Below the pieces are notes generated by a model. That model had not been told where the DNA came from and made no database searches. It saw only the letters and a list, made by a program, of their open reading frames with translations. A stretch of DNA of 64,000 nucleotides from a virus. The position numbers and the translations under genes were made by a program. Numbering within the stretch: the stretch's first letter is position 1; the number at the start of each line of letters is the position of its first letter. The stretch covers positions 46,381 through 110,380 of the IMG/VR virus record IMGVR_UViG_3300037606_000137. One strand, written 5' to 3'. Of this stretch, positions 9,926-19,386 are shown in pieces.

Positions 9926-11203
9926 ATGACACCACCAGCAAAAAAACAAATAAAAGATTTTGAAGAGACATTAACTATAAATAATTTATCGTTACATTTA
10001 ATACAATTTTGGGATAGTTTAAATAATAAATATATTACCAAAACATTAAAACATTCAACATTAATAAATAGTATAAGTGGTGTAAATATACTGTTTAATG
10101 ATTTTTTAGTGTTAATTACTAATGCACAATTAATACCACAAACAGTTTATAGAATAACAGATTATAAATCTTTTAATTATTTAAATGGATATAACAATTT
10201 CATTGATGGAATTCCATCAACAACAAATTTTGATACTACTGCAATTTATGAAAGTTTAGAAGAAGTTATTTTAGTAACAGCAATAACTAATAATAAAATA
10301 GCACCGTTTACATATAGTGAAACATATCCTAATGATATTATATATTATGATCCAACAATTACTGGTATCAATACTAAAGGTAGAATTTTTAGACGAATAG
10401 ATACAAAATTTAACATTGATGTATGTTGTGATTGGAGAAATATAAAATATAGACGATTTAATGCATCAACTTTAAGTGGTATAACTGGATATATTACTAT
10501 TGGTAATATGAATAGTGCATATATTGATACTATTAATTTAAACGATTTTAATGATTTTAATATATTTAACAATAGTCCAGCAGCAACAAATTGTTTTAAT
10601 ATAGTTATTAAAACAGTACACGATAATAATTTTATATCATTTGATAATAATATTATTGTAAGTGGTAATAATGTTAATATATCATGTTCAACATTTTTTA
10701 ATAATTATATAGAACAAGCAACTAACTTAAAAATGATGGATGAAGATGTTAAGAATAATATATTTAATAATATATATTTATGTAATTTTGAGTCTAATTG
10801 TATATCAAATGATATTTTCTTTATAAGAGGATGTAATATTAAAAATATTTTTAGAGACAATATTATACGTGATAATTTTGCAAGTAATAATATTAATACA
10901 CCTTTTACCAATAATATTATTGGTAAAACCTTCACAAATAATCAAATTAATGGTGAATTTACATACAATAATATCCAAAATGATTTTAAATTGAATATTA
11001 TTAATAACACATTTAATAATAATATTGTGTTAACTAATTTTCAAGTTAATATATTTAACACTATTGTTGATCTAATTGATTTTTCAGCAGCAACACATGT
11101 TTATAATGATTATACCTGTACAACATTGATCGGTAGTAATGGTACTAATTATTTACAATATTTTGATGGTACAACAACACAAACAACTGGTCTAAATTTA
11201 TAA
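9926..11203 (+). CDS. Beta-helix-repeat protein, possibly tail fibre/appendage
   Basis: LIPQTVYRITDY and DWRNIKYRRF segments plus Asn-rich FxNNxI repeats of about 9-10 aa. Confidence 0.55.
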   Translation: MTPPAKKQIKDFEETLTINNLSLHLIQFWDSLNNKYITKTLKHSTLINSISGVNILFNDFLVLITNAQLIPQTVYRITDYKSFNYLNGYNNFIDGIPSTTNFDTTAIYESLEEVILVTAITNNKIAPFTYSETYPNDIIYYDPTITGINTKGRIFRRIDTKFNIDVCCDWRNIKYRRFNASTLSGITGYITIGNMNSAYIDTINLNDFNDFNIFNNSPAATNCFNIVIKTVHDNNFISFDNNIIVSGNNVNISCSTFFNNYIEQATNLKMMDEDVKNNIFNNIYLCNFESNCISNDIFFIRGCNIKNIFRDNIIRDNFASNNINTPFTNNIIGKTFTNNQINGEFTYNNIQNDFKLNIINNTFNNNIVLTNFQVNIFNTIVDLIDFSAATHVYNDYTCTTLIGSNGTNYLQYFDGTTTQTTGLNL

Positions 11204-11232
11204 ACATTTAAATAAAATTTCATATAAATTAT

Positions 11233-11766
11233 ATGAAATTAATAATAGTTGGTGCATCTGGGAGTGGAAAAGATTACGCATTAAATACATTACGTAAAAA
11301 CGGATTAAATTGTGCTGTTAAATATACAACACGACCTAATAGAAATTTTGAAGAAAATGGTATTGATTATCATTTTATAAAAAATGATCAATTTGAAAAA
11401 ATGATCATTAATAATACTATGTGTGTATATCAATCATTTAATATAAATAATGATATATGGTATTATGGTTTTTCTTCAAATAGTTTTCAAGAAAATGATA
11501 TTTTTATATTAACACCAAAAGAGTTATTACATTTAGCACTAGATATTAGACAAAATTGTATTGTTTTATATTTAAATATAGATAAAGAAACCAGATATAA
11601 TAGATTAATTTCACGTAATGATAATAATGATGATATAAATCGTAGAATTTTATCAGATGAAAAAGATTTTGAAAATTTTAAAGAGTACGATATTCAAATT
11701 AGTAATTCAAATTTCCATATACAACAGATCTACATGGCATTAAATTTAATATATAATTATAAATAA
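11233..11766 (+). CDS. gmk: Guanylate kinase
   Basis: GASGSGKD, YTTRPNRNFEENGIDYHF, WYYG. Confidence 0.88.
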   Translation: MKLIIVGASGSGKDYALNTLRKNGLNCAVKYTTRPNRNFEENGIDYHFIKNDQFEKMIINNTMCVYQSFNINNDIWYYGFSSNSFQENDIFILTPKELLHLALDIRQNCIVLYLNIDKETRYNRLISRNDNNDDINRRILSDEKDFENFKEYDIQISNSNFHIQQIYMALNLIYNYK

Positions 11767-11779
11767 TTACAATAATAAA

Positions 11780-12502
11780 ATGGAATTAGCATCATGGATA
11801 AAAAAAGATAATGATAAATTTCCAATATTAGGTTTAGAAAGTTTTAATACGTTTTTAAAAGTATGTGCAGAATTTTCTGAGTGGGCATTAGACGATATAG
11901 GACTATCAAATAGAAATAATTCATATAAAATTTGGGTTTGTAAAATTAAACCAGAACAAATAAATAAAGTAAAAGAGATATTAGAACGTTATACATCAAT
12001 GGCATTAATATTACAATATTATAATATTAATATTGTTGAAAATAATGCCATTGCATTATATGTTAAATTAGATTGGGAAGAAAATAAATGGGTTATGAGT
12101 TATGGTATAACAAATAATAAAAAATTATTTAAAGGTGGTGAATTTGATTATACTTTTAATACTGAATTACCAGAAAATAAAATATTAAAATATATTATAG
12201 AAGATATAAATGATTTTAATCCACGAGAACATTTATTATTATTCATCATTAAAAAAAATATATTTTTATTTGATCCTGGTTATTGTCAAATTTCAGATCC
12301 TTTAATAGTTGATAAAGAAATTGTATTATCAACATATAATTTAGGTCAATGGATAGAACAAGATATAGCTTTAGGTGAAGCTGAAAAATATTTAAATGTA
12401 TTTAAAAACTGGGTTAAAACACAAAAATGGTGGAACCAAGTTCATTTAATTGTTAGACCAAGAAAAAATAAATGGATGGATTTTGTAATTAAATTAAAAT
12501 AA
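11780..12502 (+). CDS. Hypothetical protein
   Basis: 240-aa ORF; TAATATATA box upstream at 11747. Confidence 0.6.
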   Translation: MELASWIKKDNDKFPILGLESFNTFLKVCAEFSEWALDDIGLSNRNNSYKIWVCKIKPEQINKVKEILERYTSMALILQYYNINIVENNAIALYVKLDWEENKWVMSYGITNNKKLFKGGEFDYTFNTELPENKILKYIIEDINDFNPREHLLLFIIKKNIFLFDPGYCQISDPLIVDKEIVLSTYNLGQWIEQDIALGEAEKYLNVFKNWVKTQKWWNQVHLIVRPRKNKWMDFVIKLK

Positions 12503-12549
12503 TTTATATATTTGTATTAAACTTTTATTAATACACTAATATAATAAAT

Positions 12550-13068
12550 ATGAATAAAGAAATTAACATAGTTTATATGGATTTTGATGGTTGCATTGCA
12601 GATACCCCACATCATGATTTTGGTAAACAACAATGGTCTGATTATTACGGTATACCATATCCACATATTGGTTGGTGGGGCAGATTAGAATCAATGGATC
12701 CTGTTGCATTTAATATTAAAACACATCCAGAACAACATGCAGAATGGATTAAATATAATGCTTTAGGGTATAAATCATATATTCATACATCACGTCAACC
12801 GAAATTTGAACCATTAATTGCTGGTATTTTAAAAAATAACAATATAAATGTTGATGGTATTTTAACAGTTAAAGGAAACATTACTAAAGGTGAAAGAATT
12901 TTACTAGAAGTTAAATCGTTTATTGAAAATGGTTATGTTGTAAAAAATGTTGTTTTTTTCGATGATAGACAAAAAGAAATTGTTACAGTAGAAGCAGTTA
13001 AAGAAGAATTAAATCAACTAGGTGTATTAATCGATATTATTAAAGTAGAATCTGATGCATTAGATTAA
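12550..13068 (+). CDS. HAD-superfamily phosphatase (Swiss-army-knife RNA-repair-like)
   Basis: MDFDGCIADTP...GWW, TSR, K and FFDDR motifs. Confidence 0.75.
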   Translation: MNKEINIVYMDFDGCIADTPHHDFGKQQWSDYYGIPYPHIGWWGRLESMDPVAFNIKTHPEQHAEWIKYNALGYKSYIHTSRQPKFEPLIAGILKNNNINVDGILTVKGNITKGERILLEVKSFIENGYVVKNVVFFDDRQKEIVTVEAVKEELNQLGVLIDIIKVESDALD

Positions 13069-13095
13069 TTCAAAATGAAATAAAATAAAATTTAT

Positions 13096-13124
13096 AACCT
13101 TGATAATATTATCAAGGTTTTTTT
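13096..13124 (+). terminator. Intrinsic terminator
   Basis: AACCTTGATAATATTATCAAGGTT palindrome plus T-run. Confidence 0.75.
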
Positions 13125-13155
13125 TAAACAAAAAATTAATAATTCATATAAATGT

Positions 13156-13389
13156 ATGTTAAATGAAACAGAAAATTTATTAGCGCTTGTAAACAATGAT
13201 GCTAAAGTAAAACAAATTAAAAGAGCAATAAGATTAAATAAATTTTTAAAAATTAAAAAAATTTTAAAAATTATTGTATTAATATTTTTAGGTGTTGTAT
13301 TATTATTTTTTCCTGTTCAAACTGGTACAATTATTGGTACATGGATAAATGAATTTTTTGTAACAATTTATAAAAATATTATTAAATAA
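13156..13389 (+). CDS. Small membrane protein
   Basis: One strong hydrophobic segment. Confidence 0.55.
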   Translation: MLNETENLLALVNNDAKVKQIKRAIRLNKFLKIKKILKIIVLIFLGVVLLFFPVQTGTIIGTWINEFFVTIYKNIIK

Positions 13390-13393
13390 AAGA

Positions 13394-14068
13394 ATGGAAA
13401 ACGCAAAAGACATAGCTGAAGAGTTATATAGAAGTTTTAAATCTCAAGTACTTTGGAAAGAAGTTGATTTTAAACGTATTGAAAAATTCAAAAAGATTAT
13501 ATCTCGTAGGTTTATATTAGAATTAAATACAGAAGTTCAAAAATTATCTATTAGTAGTGAAGAAATTATAGAAATAAAAAAAGTTGCTGATACATTAGTT
13601 TTACCAACAGATAATTTAGTTCAAGTAGATCATCAAACACTATTACAAAGAATTGTTGAAGCACAAGATGAACAATTTAATATAAATGAAAATAATATAA
13701 TTGAAAACGATTTTCCTACTCAAGGTATAGATGCAGCTAAAGTACTTATGTCTGAATTAAATAAAGCTGTAAATTTGTTAAAAGATAAAAGATATTTTAT
13801 TACAATTGAATGTGATGGAATTATTAAAAAACCAAATTTTCAATTATTTAAAGATGCAGATATAATTGAAAAAAATTTTAGAACAGATCAAATAACACGA
13901 CAAAGATCAATATTTAAAGGATATGTTGATACACATGATAGAGTAAATATATATGAAACAATAAAAGAATATTTTATAAATGCTGGTATATCTGATATAA
14001 TCGAAGTTTCTATTGATGAAATACCTGTACGATATAAAGATATTTGGCAAAATAGAACAAAATTATAA
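13394..14068 (+). CDS. Hypothetical protein
   Basis: 224-aa ORF in an operon-like run. Confidence 0.6.
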   Translation: MENAKDIAEELYRSFKSQVLWKEVDFKRIEKFKKIISRRFILELNTEVQKLSISSEEIIEIKKVADTLVLPTDNLVQVDHQTLLQRIVEAQDEQFNINENNIIENDFPTQGIDAAKVLMSELNKAVNLLKDKRYFITIECDGIIKKPNFQLFKDADIIEKNFRTDQITRQRSIFKGYVDTHDRVNIYETIKEYFINAGISDIIEVSIDEIPVRYKDIWQNRTKL

Positions 14069-14137
14069 ATAATATAAAAAAATTCAACACATGTTGGATT
14101 TTTTTGTTTATATTTGTTTAATAAAAAAATAAAAAAT

Positions 14138-14521
14138 ATGCAAAAAAATGTTAGTGTTGTATTGATTAACGAGCACGGTAACGTGTTATGTGTTTCAAGA
14201 AAAGATAATCATTTAGATTTTGGAATGCCTGCTGGAAAAGTTGATGATACTGATTTAAATGAATTGGAAGCAGCTCATCGTGAAGTAAAAGAAGAAACCG
14301 GATTAGATATAAATAATTTAAGATTGATTTATGCTAATTGTGAAAATGAATCTATGGGATATACATATTTAGCAGATTATTCAGGTGTAATTGAGTTTAA
14401 CGAACCACATGTTGTTAAATGGGGTTCATTTAAAGATTTAATTGCTGGAACTTTCAGTAAATGGAATGAAAATGTATACAATTCATTAATTGAAATGAAA
14501 ATTAATGTAAATATTAAATAA
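14138..14521 (+). CDS. Nudix hydrolase
   Basis: Nudix box AGKVDDTDLNELEAAHREVKEETGL. Start taken at ATG 14138. Confidence 0.9.
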   Translation: MQKNVSVVLINEHGNVLCVSRKDNHLDFGMPAGKVDDTDLNELEAAHREVKEETGLDINNLRLIYANCENESMGYTYLADYSGVIEFNEPHVVKWGSFKDLIAGTFSKWNENVYNSLIEMKINVNIK

Positions 14522-14586
14522 AATATTTTTTATTCAAAAAGTTTAGTATATTTGTCGAGTATAAATTAAATAAATTAAAATATAAT

Positions 14587-15510
14587 ATGTCAAAATTTAA
14601 CATTCATGCAAAATTAACAATAATTGAACAGGATTCAATTGATAAATATTTACAAGAATTGCGTTTAGATAAAACAACTACGCCGTTATCTCGAGCTGAA
14701 CAAAATAGTTTATTTAGTCAATACAAAATGACAGGTGACAAACTAATTAAAGATCGTTTAATTAAATCAAATTTACGATGGGTTATATCTGTTGCAAAAC
14801 AATATACTTATACAAAAGTTAAATTAGCAGATTTAATTAATGAAGGAAATATTGGTATGATTGAAGCAATAGATAAATTTGATGTTTCTCGAGAAACGTC
14901 ATTTATTACATTTGCGACAAATTACATTAGATTAGCTATAACATCATATATTAATGACGTTGCTGTAGATATTCCACAACCAGCTAATCGTTTTAGAATT
15001 AATCGTTTAATTAAAAAAGCATTATTAGATTTAAAAATATGTGGAAACAATACACCATCAGATTATCAATTAGTTGAATATTATGCATCAATTAAAAAAC
15101 AATGTGATCCAATTTTAAGTGTTTCATTATTGAATGAAGTAAGAAACAATTCTAAAGATTTTGTATCAATGCATACAAGTGTATCATCTAGTAGTGAAGA
15201 TTATGAATTAATTGATACATTTAAATCTTCAAAAGAATGGAATGCAGATTTTGAAATGGAAAAAACTGAAAAAACAAATATTTTAAATGAATATTTAAAA
15301 AAACATTTAAATGAGCGTGAATTAGAAATTATAACAATGTCATTTGGTTTAATCACACAACTGTCAATGACAAATGAAGAAATTTCATTTCGAACAGGAT
15401 ATACTCGTGAAAGAGTTGGACAAATCATAAAAGAAGGTGTTAAAAAATTAAGTAAAAATAAAAACATTTTAAATGGTTTAAGTGAAACAAACTATAGCAT
15501 TGTTTCTTAA
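14587..15510 (+). CDS. Sigma-70 family factor (RpoD/RpoS-like)
   Basis: SNLRWVISVAKQY, DLINEGNIGMIEAIDKFD and region-4 TRERVGQI. Confidence 0.92.
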   Translation: MSKFNIHAKLTIIEQDSIDKYLQELRLDKTTTPLSRAEQNSLFSQYKMTGDKLIKDRLIKSNLRWVISVAKQYTYTKVKLADLINEGNIGMIEAIDKFDVSRETSFITFATNYIRLAITSYINDVAVDIPQPANRFRINRLIKKALLDLKICGNNTPSDYQLVEYYASIKKQCDPILSVSLLNEVRNNSKDFVSMHTSVSSSSEDYELIDTFKSSKEWNADFEMEKTEKTNILNEYLKKHLNERELEIITMSFGLITQLSMTNEEISFRTGYTRERVGQIIKEGVKKLSKNKNILNGLSETNYSIVS

Positions 15511-15524
15511 AAAAATAAAATAAT

Positions 15525-15553
15525 AAACCCCACACTTTTATGTGTGGGGTTTA
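15525..15553 (+). terminator. Hairpin terminator
   Basis: AAACCCCACAC-tttta-TGTGTGGGGTTT. Confidence 0.65.
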
Positions 15554-15586
15554 ATTTATATAATTGTTTAGATATTAAAAAAATAT

Positions 15587-16072
15587 ATGGAGAGTAATTA
15601 TACTGATTGTTTACAATATATACCAGATTTAAAAAAATATGTTAAAAAATGTGTAGGCGGAAGTGAATGGGAAGATGTTGTACAAGATACATTGTTATAT
15701 TTATTTTTAAAGTATGATAATATTAATGTTACAAATGTTAAAGGTTTATTAATAAATACATCACTATTTTTTATAAAAAAACATTTATCATATAATAGTA
15801 AAGTAAATACGTGTGAAATTAATGATACAAATATTATTATAGATTATAATAATGCAAATATTAAAATTGGAAAATATAATTCTATTTTAATAGATGATAC
15901 ATTATTTAATAATATTAATAGAGTATCAAAATCTTTATTTATACCATTCCAAATGCAATTAAATGGTAAATCTATAGAAAGTATAGCTAAAGTATTAAAA
16001 ATAAATGAAAACACTATTAAAACACGAATAAGACGGTGTAAGTCTGTATTAAGAGAAAATATAATATTATGA
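15587..16072 (+). CDS. ECF-type sigma factor-like protein
   Basis: WEDVVQDTLL (region 2) and GKSIESIAKVLKINENTIKTRIRR (region 4 HTH). Confidence 0.8.
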   Translation: MESNYTDCLQYIPDLKKYVKKCVGGSEWEDVVQDTLLYLFLKYDNINVTNVKGLLINTSLFFIKKHLSYNSKVNTCEINDTNIIIDYNNANIKIGKYNSILIDDTLFNNINRVSKSLFIPFQMQLNGKSIESIAKVLKINENTIKTRIRRCKSVLRENIIL

Positions 16073-16962
16073 ATAATAAATTAAAATTAGATGATCGTAT
16101 GAAACAATACGAACATATTAATAGAAACTATTTAATTCCTAACATGTATAATGTTATTCGTTTAGATGGTAAAGCTTTTCATACATATACAAAGCAATTT
16201 ATTAAACCATTTGATGATGTATTTATTAATGCAATGAATGAAACTGCAAAATATATATGTGAAACAATGCAAGGTGCAAAATTTGCTTTTGTACAAAGTG
16301 ATGAAATATCTATATATTTTACAGATACTGATAACCATGAACAACAATTATGGTTTGGTGGTAATATACAAAAAATAGTATCAGTAGCAGCATCTAAAGC
16401 AGCAGCAAAATTTAACCAAATTATATTTTTACATAATTCAAAATCTACAATAGAAGAATTACAACAACTACAATTAGCCGAATTTGATGCTCGCGTTTTT
16501 CAATTACCAAACAAACATGAATTATTAAATTGTTTTATTTGGAGACAAGAAGATTGTATTAGAAATAGTGTATCTACTGTAGCACAATATTTTTATTCTA
16601 CAAAAGAATTACATAAAAAAACAGTAAAAGATATGAAAACTATGCTACTTGAAAGTGGTAGAGCATGGGAAAATTATAATTCAAAATATAAAAATGGTAG
16701 ATTTATTTCTAAAGAAATTTATATAAATGATATTTTAGTTGGTGATAATGAAACAGAAATTCGGTACCAACCAGATAATGAAGGTATTTTTAAATCTAAA
16801 TATGGTAGAGCATTACAATTAAACACGTCTGAAAATGATGAAATTGATTGGTGTGATATTAAAATTAAAAAAATGAGATCTTTTTGGAATATTTCTAATG
16901 CTAATATATTTTTAAACGTTAGAGAAACATTAATAAAAAAATATTTTCATAATGATAAATAA
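16069..16962 (+). CDS. Thg1-like tRNA(His) guanylyltransferase / 3'-5' polymerase
   Basis: IRLDGKAFHTYT, FVQSDEIS, FDARVF, WRQEDCIRNSV. Confidence 0.92.
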   Translation: MNNKLKLDDRMKQYEHINRNYLIPNMYNVIRLDGKAFHTYTKQFIKPFDDVFINAMNETAKYICETMQGAKFAFVQSDEISIYFTDTDNHEQQLWFGGNIQKIVSVAASKAAAKFNQIIFLHNSKSTIEELQQLQLAEFDARVFQLPNKHELLNCFIWRQEDCIRNSVSTVAQYFYSTKELHKKTVKDMKTMLLESGRAWENYNSKYKNGRFISKEIYINDILVGDNETEIRYQPDNEGIFKSKYGRALQLNTSENDEIDWCDIKIKKMRSFWNISNANIFLNVRETLIKKYFHNDK

Positions 16963-17338
16963 TACAAATAAATTTATAATTATAAATGATAATCTAATTT
17001 CAATCAGTGATATTGTATTAATTAAACCTGCATTATATCATAATGGATATTCTGCATCATTTTCAATTATATTTAATAATAATAATATTGAATTGAATCA
17101 ATATTATTATTATAATGAGTTTAGTAATAATTATGATAATTCTCCAACAGTCACTAAAAACATTATTAAAAACTCTATATTAGATTTTTTAAATGATGAA
17201 ATATTAAAATTTAAATTTTTATTAATAAATAATGACATTAATAAAAATTTAAATTATTTACAAACAAGTGATTTAAAAGAAAAATATGAAAAATGTGAAA
17301 TTTATGAAAATATGATAAATGATGTTAATAATTTATAA
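16952..17338 (+). CDS. Hypothetical protein
   Basis: Overlap-coupled ORF. Confidence 0.5.
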   Translation: MINNTNKFIIINDNLISISDIVLIKPALYHNGYSASFSIIFNNNNIELNQYYYYNEFSNNYDNSPTVTKNIIKNSILDFLNDEILKFKFLLINNDINKNLNYLQTSDLKEKYEKCEIYENMINDVNNL

Positions 17339-17347
17339 AATAAATAT

Positions 17348-17656
17348 ATGAAAATAATAATAGATAATGATGGTGATGCAATTTTCTTACATAAAGAAAA
17401 TATTAAGAGTATTTCAAAAATAAAAAGTAATAGTTCTTATCTTTATTTTAATGTTAATTGGATAGATGGAGCAGAGAATTCATTTATTTTTGAATATTCA
17501 AATTATGATATGGATAAAGATATTTTATTAAATAAAATATCAAAAATACGTTTAGATATACTTAGTGATTTAAATGGTGGAATTAATCCTGAAATAATGT
17601 TTCCGGAAATTAATTTAAAAAAAGAAATTAAATTAACTACTCATCCAAATATATAA
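17348..17656 (+). CDS. Hypothetical protein
   Basis: ORF in a co-oriented run. Confidence 0.5.
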   Translation: MKIIIDNDGDAIFLHKENIKSISKIKSNSSYLYFNVNWIDGAENSFIFEYSNYDMDKDILLNKISKIRLDILSDLNGGINPEIMFPEINLKKEIKLTTHPNI

Positions 17657-17692
17657 AATAAATATATAAAATAAATAAATAAATAAATAAAT

Positions 17693-18097
17693 ATGGACGT
17701 TTTCCTTGGTGGTACATGTAATAATTCTGAATGGAGAGATGAATTAATACCTTTATTAAATTGTGATTATTTTAATCCTGTTGTAGATGATTGGACAGAA
17801 GATGCACAAAAATTAGAATTACAAAAACGCATAGAATGTGATTTTGTGCTTTATGTAATAACACCAAAAATGACTGGTGTGTATTCATTAGTCGAAGCTA
17901 CAGATGATTCAAATAAGAGACCACAAAGAACTATATTTTGTGTTCTTACAAATGATGATGGTAACGAATTTACAGAATCACAATTAAAGTCATTAGAAAT
18001 GACAAAAAATTTAATTAGAAATAATAATGCTAGAGTTTTTGATACGTTACAAGATATTGCAAGTTTTTTAAATTATATGAATTTGGTACCAAATTAA
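17693..18097 (+). CDS. Nucleoside 2-deoxyribosyltransferase-like protein
   Basis: VFLGGTCNNSEWRDELIP...FNPVVDDWT...GVYSLVE. Confidence 0.75.
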   Translation: MDVFLGGTCNNSEWRDELIPLLNCDYFNPVVDDWTEDAQKLELQKRIECDFVLYVITPKMTGVYSLVEATDDSNKRPQRTIFCVLTNDDGNEFTESQLKSLEMTKNLIRNNNARVFDTLQDIASFLNYMNLVPN

Positions 18098-18164
18098 ACT
18101 TAATTGTTTTTATTCTGTATAATAATTCTAAATAACAAAAATAAAAAGAATTAAAATTATTATT

Positions 18165-18335
18165 ATGGACAAGAATCAAATTTTTACAGAATTAGAAACA
18201 TTATGGGAAGCATTTAAAGCAGAACATGAATCAACAAAGAAAATTGCAGGTGGTAGAGCTAGAAAAGCAATTGGTGAAATGAAAAAATTAGTTACACCTT
18301 ACCGTCAAGCATCTGTTGAAGCAGGAAAATTATAA
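18165..18335 (+). CDS. Small histone-H1-like (Hc1-type) DNA-binding protein, 56 aa; not in the ORF track
   Basis: MDKNQIFTELETLWEAFKAEHESTKKIAGGRARKAIGEMKKLVTPYRQASVEAGKL; the AGxRARKA...K...YRxxS pattern matches Bacteroidota/Chlamydia Hc1-like proteins. Confidence 0.7.
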   Translation: MDKNQIFTELETLWEAFKAEHESTKKIAGGRARKAIGEMKKLVTPYRQASVEAGKL

Positions 18336-18431
18336 AAAATAAATAAAAATTTTTATATATCAAAATAAATTCTTATATTTGTTTTGTAAAAGTAAAAAGG
18401 GAAGAAAAAAAATTAATATATACAATTAAGA

Positions 18432-18591
18432 ATGAAAAATTTATCAAACATATTAGTGGATCGTTATTATGATCGTGAACCGGAGAGATTACTTGGGACT
18501 AACAATGTTATGTGTAAATTTTAATTATTAAAAAGATATTAAATTTTTAAACAAATAACTGAAAAGTCCCTTAGCAATAAGGGACTTTTTT
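18432..18591 (+). promoter_or_regulatory. Putative attenuator 1: leader ORF 18432..18524 (MKNLSNILVDRYYDREPERLLGTNNVMCKF) with antiterminator and terminator ahead of the tRNA cluster
   Basis: GGGACT (18495..18500) is complementary to AGTCCC in the 5' arm of the terminator. Leader codons match the downstream tRNAs. Confidence 0.7.
18562..18591 (+). terminator. Intrinsic terminator 14 nt before tRNA-Glu
   Basis: AAAAGTCCCTTA-GCAA-TAAGGGACTTTT followed by T residues. Confidence 0.9.
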
Positions 18592-18605
18592 ATTTTAAAT
18601 CATAT

Positions 18606-18677
18606 GCTCCTATCGTCTAACGGTCAGGACTCTACCTTTTCAAGGTAGCAATGAGAGTTCGATTCTCTCTGGGAGTA
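18606..18677 (+). tRNA. tRNA-Glu(TTC)
   Basis: Acceptor GCTCCTA/TGGGAGT, anticodon arm CTACC-TTTTCAA-GGTAG, T arm GAGAG-TTCGATT-CTCTC. Confidence 0.92.
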
Positions 18678-18759
18678 CAAAAAATAAATTGTAGTGTACA
18701 ATAGGTGAAATTTGTATATGAATGGTAAGACAGCTCGAGACTGTATTTATTTTTTTTAA

Positions 18760-18839
18760 CTAGATGCTTGAGCAGTTGGTTGAACTCGCCTGTTTTGGGA
18801 ACAGGAGCATTTGCGTAGGTTCGAATCCTACCATCTAGA
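18760..18839 (+). tRNA. tRNA-Pro(TGG), atypical D/variable region
   Basis: Acceptor CTAGATG/CATCTAG, anticodon arm CCTGT-TTTGGGA-ACAGG, T arm GTAGG-TTCGAAT-CCTAC. Confidence 0.85.
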
Positions 18840-19035
18840 CATAAATTATTGATAACAAACAAGTTACAATAAAAAATATATTTACTAGTAATGTTTAGTA
18901 AATTAAAGATAATAGTTGGATAATGAAAATATGAGCTGTAACTTGTATAATAGTAATTATAAGCTAGAATATAGAAATGATATAATATTTAAGTATTATT
19001 ACAGTAAGAAAGAATTAAATTGAATTGAAGTATTT

Positions 19036-19110
19036 TTTATGTGTGGTGTAATTGGATAGGCACGCTTGCGTTGAGTGAGTAGATTATTGGTTCGAATCCA
19101 ATACATGAAA
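19036..19110 (+). tRNA. Degenerate tRNA-like element, identity unresolved
   Basis: Acceptor TTTATGT/ACATGAA, D arm GTGT-AATTGGATAG-GCAC and a perfect T arm, but an abnormal anticodon arm. Confidence 0.5.
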
Positions 19111-19120
19111 CAAAAAATAA

Positions 19121-19191
19121 GGTCCATTGGTGAAATGGTATCATGACTCACTGTCTATGAGTTGTCGTCGGATCGTAACCGGCATGGACCG
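19121..19191 (+). tRNA. tRNA-Asp(GTC)
   Basis: Acceptor GGTCCAT/ATGGACC, anticodon arm ACTCA-CTGTCTA-TGAGT, variant T loop ATCGTAA. Confidence 0.85.
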
Positions 19192-19217
19192 CTAAAGAAA
19201 CAAAAATAATAAAATAA

Positions 19218-19290
19218 GGTCCTGTAGCACAATTGGTAGTGTAACTTGTTGTCTGCGAGATGGTTGACGGTTCGAATCCGTTCAGGACCG
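19218..19290 (+). tRNA. tRNA-Asp(GTC), second divergent copy
   Basis: Acceptor GGTCCTG/CAGGACC, anticodon loop TTGTCTG, T arm GACGG-TTCGAAT-CCGTT. Confidence 0.82.
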
Positions 19291-19386
19291 CAATAAACTG
19301 AGTTAGTGTACTACAAGTTCGAAACTTGTGATCTTGACAAAAAAAAATTAAAAAAGATGAAAAAAATAATAGTAAATAAAAATGTA

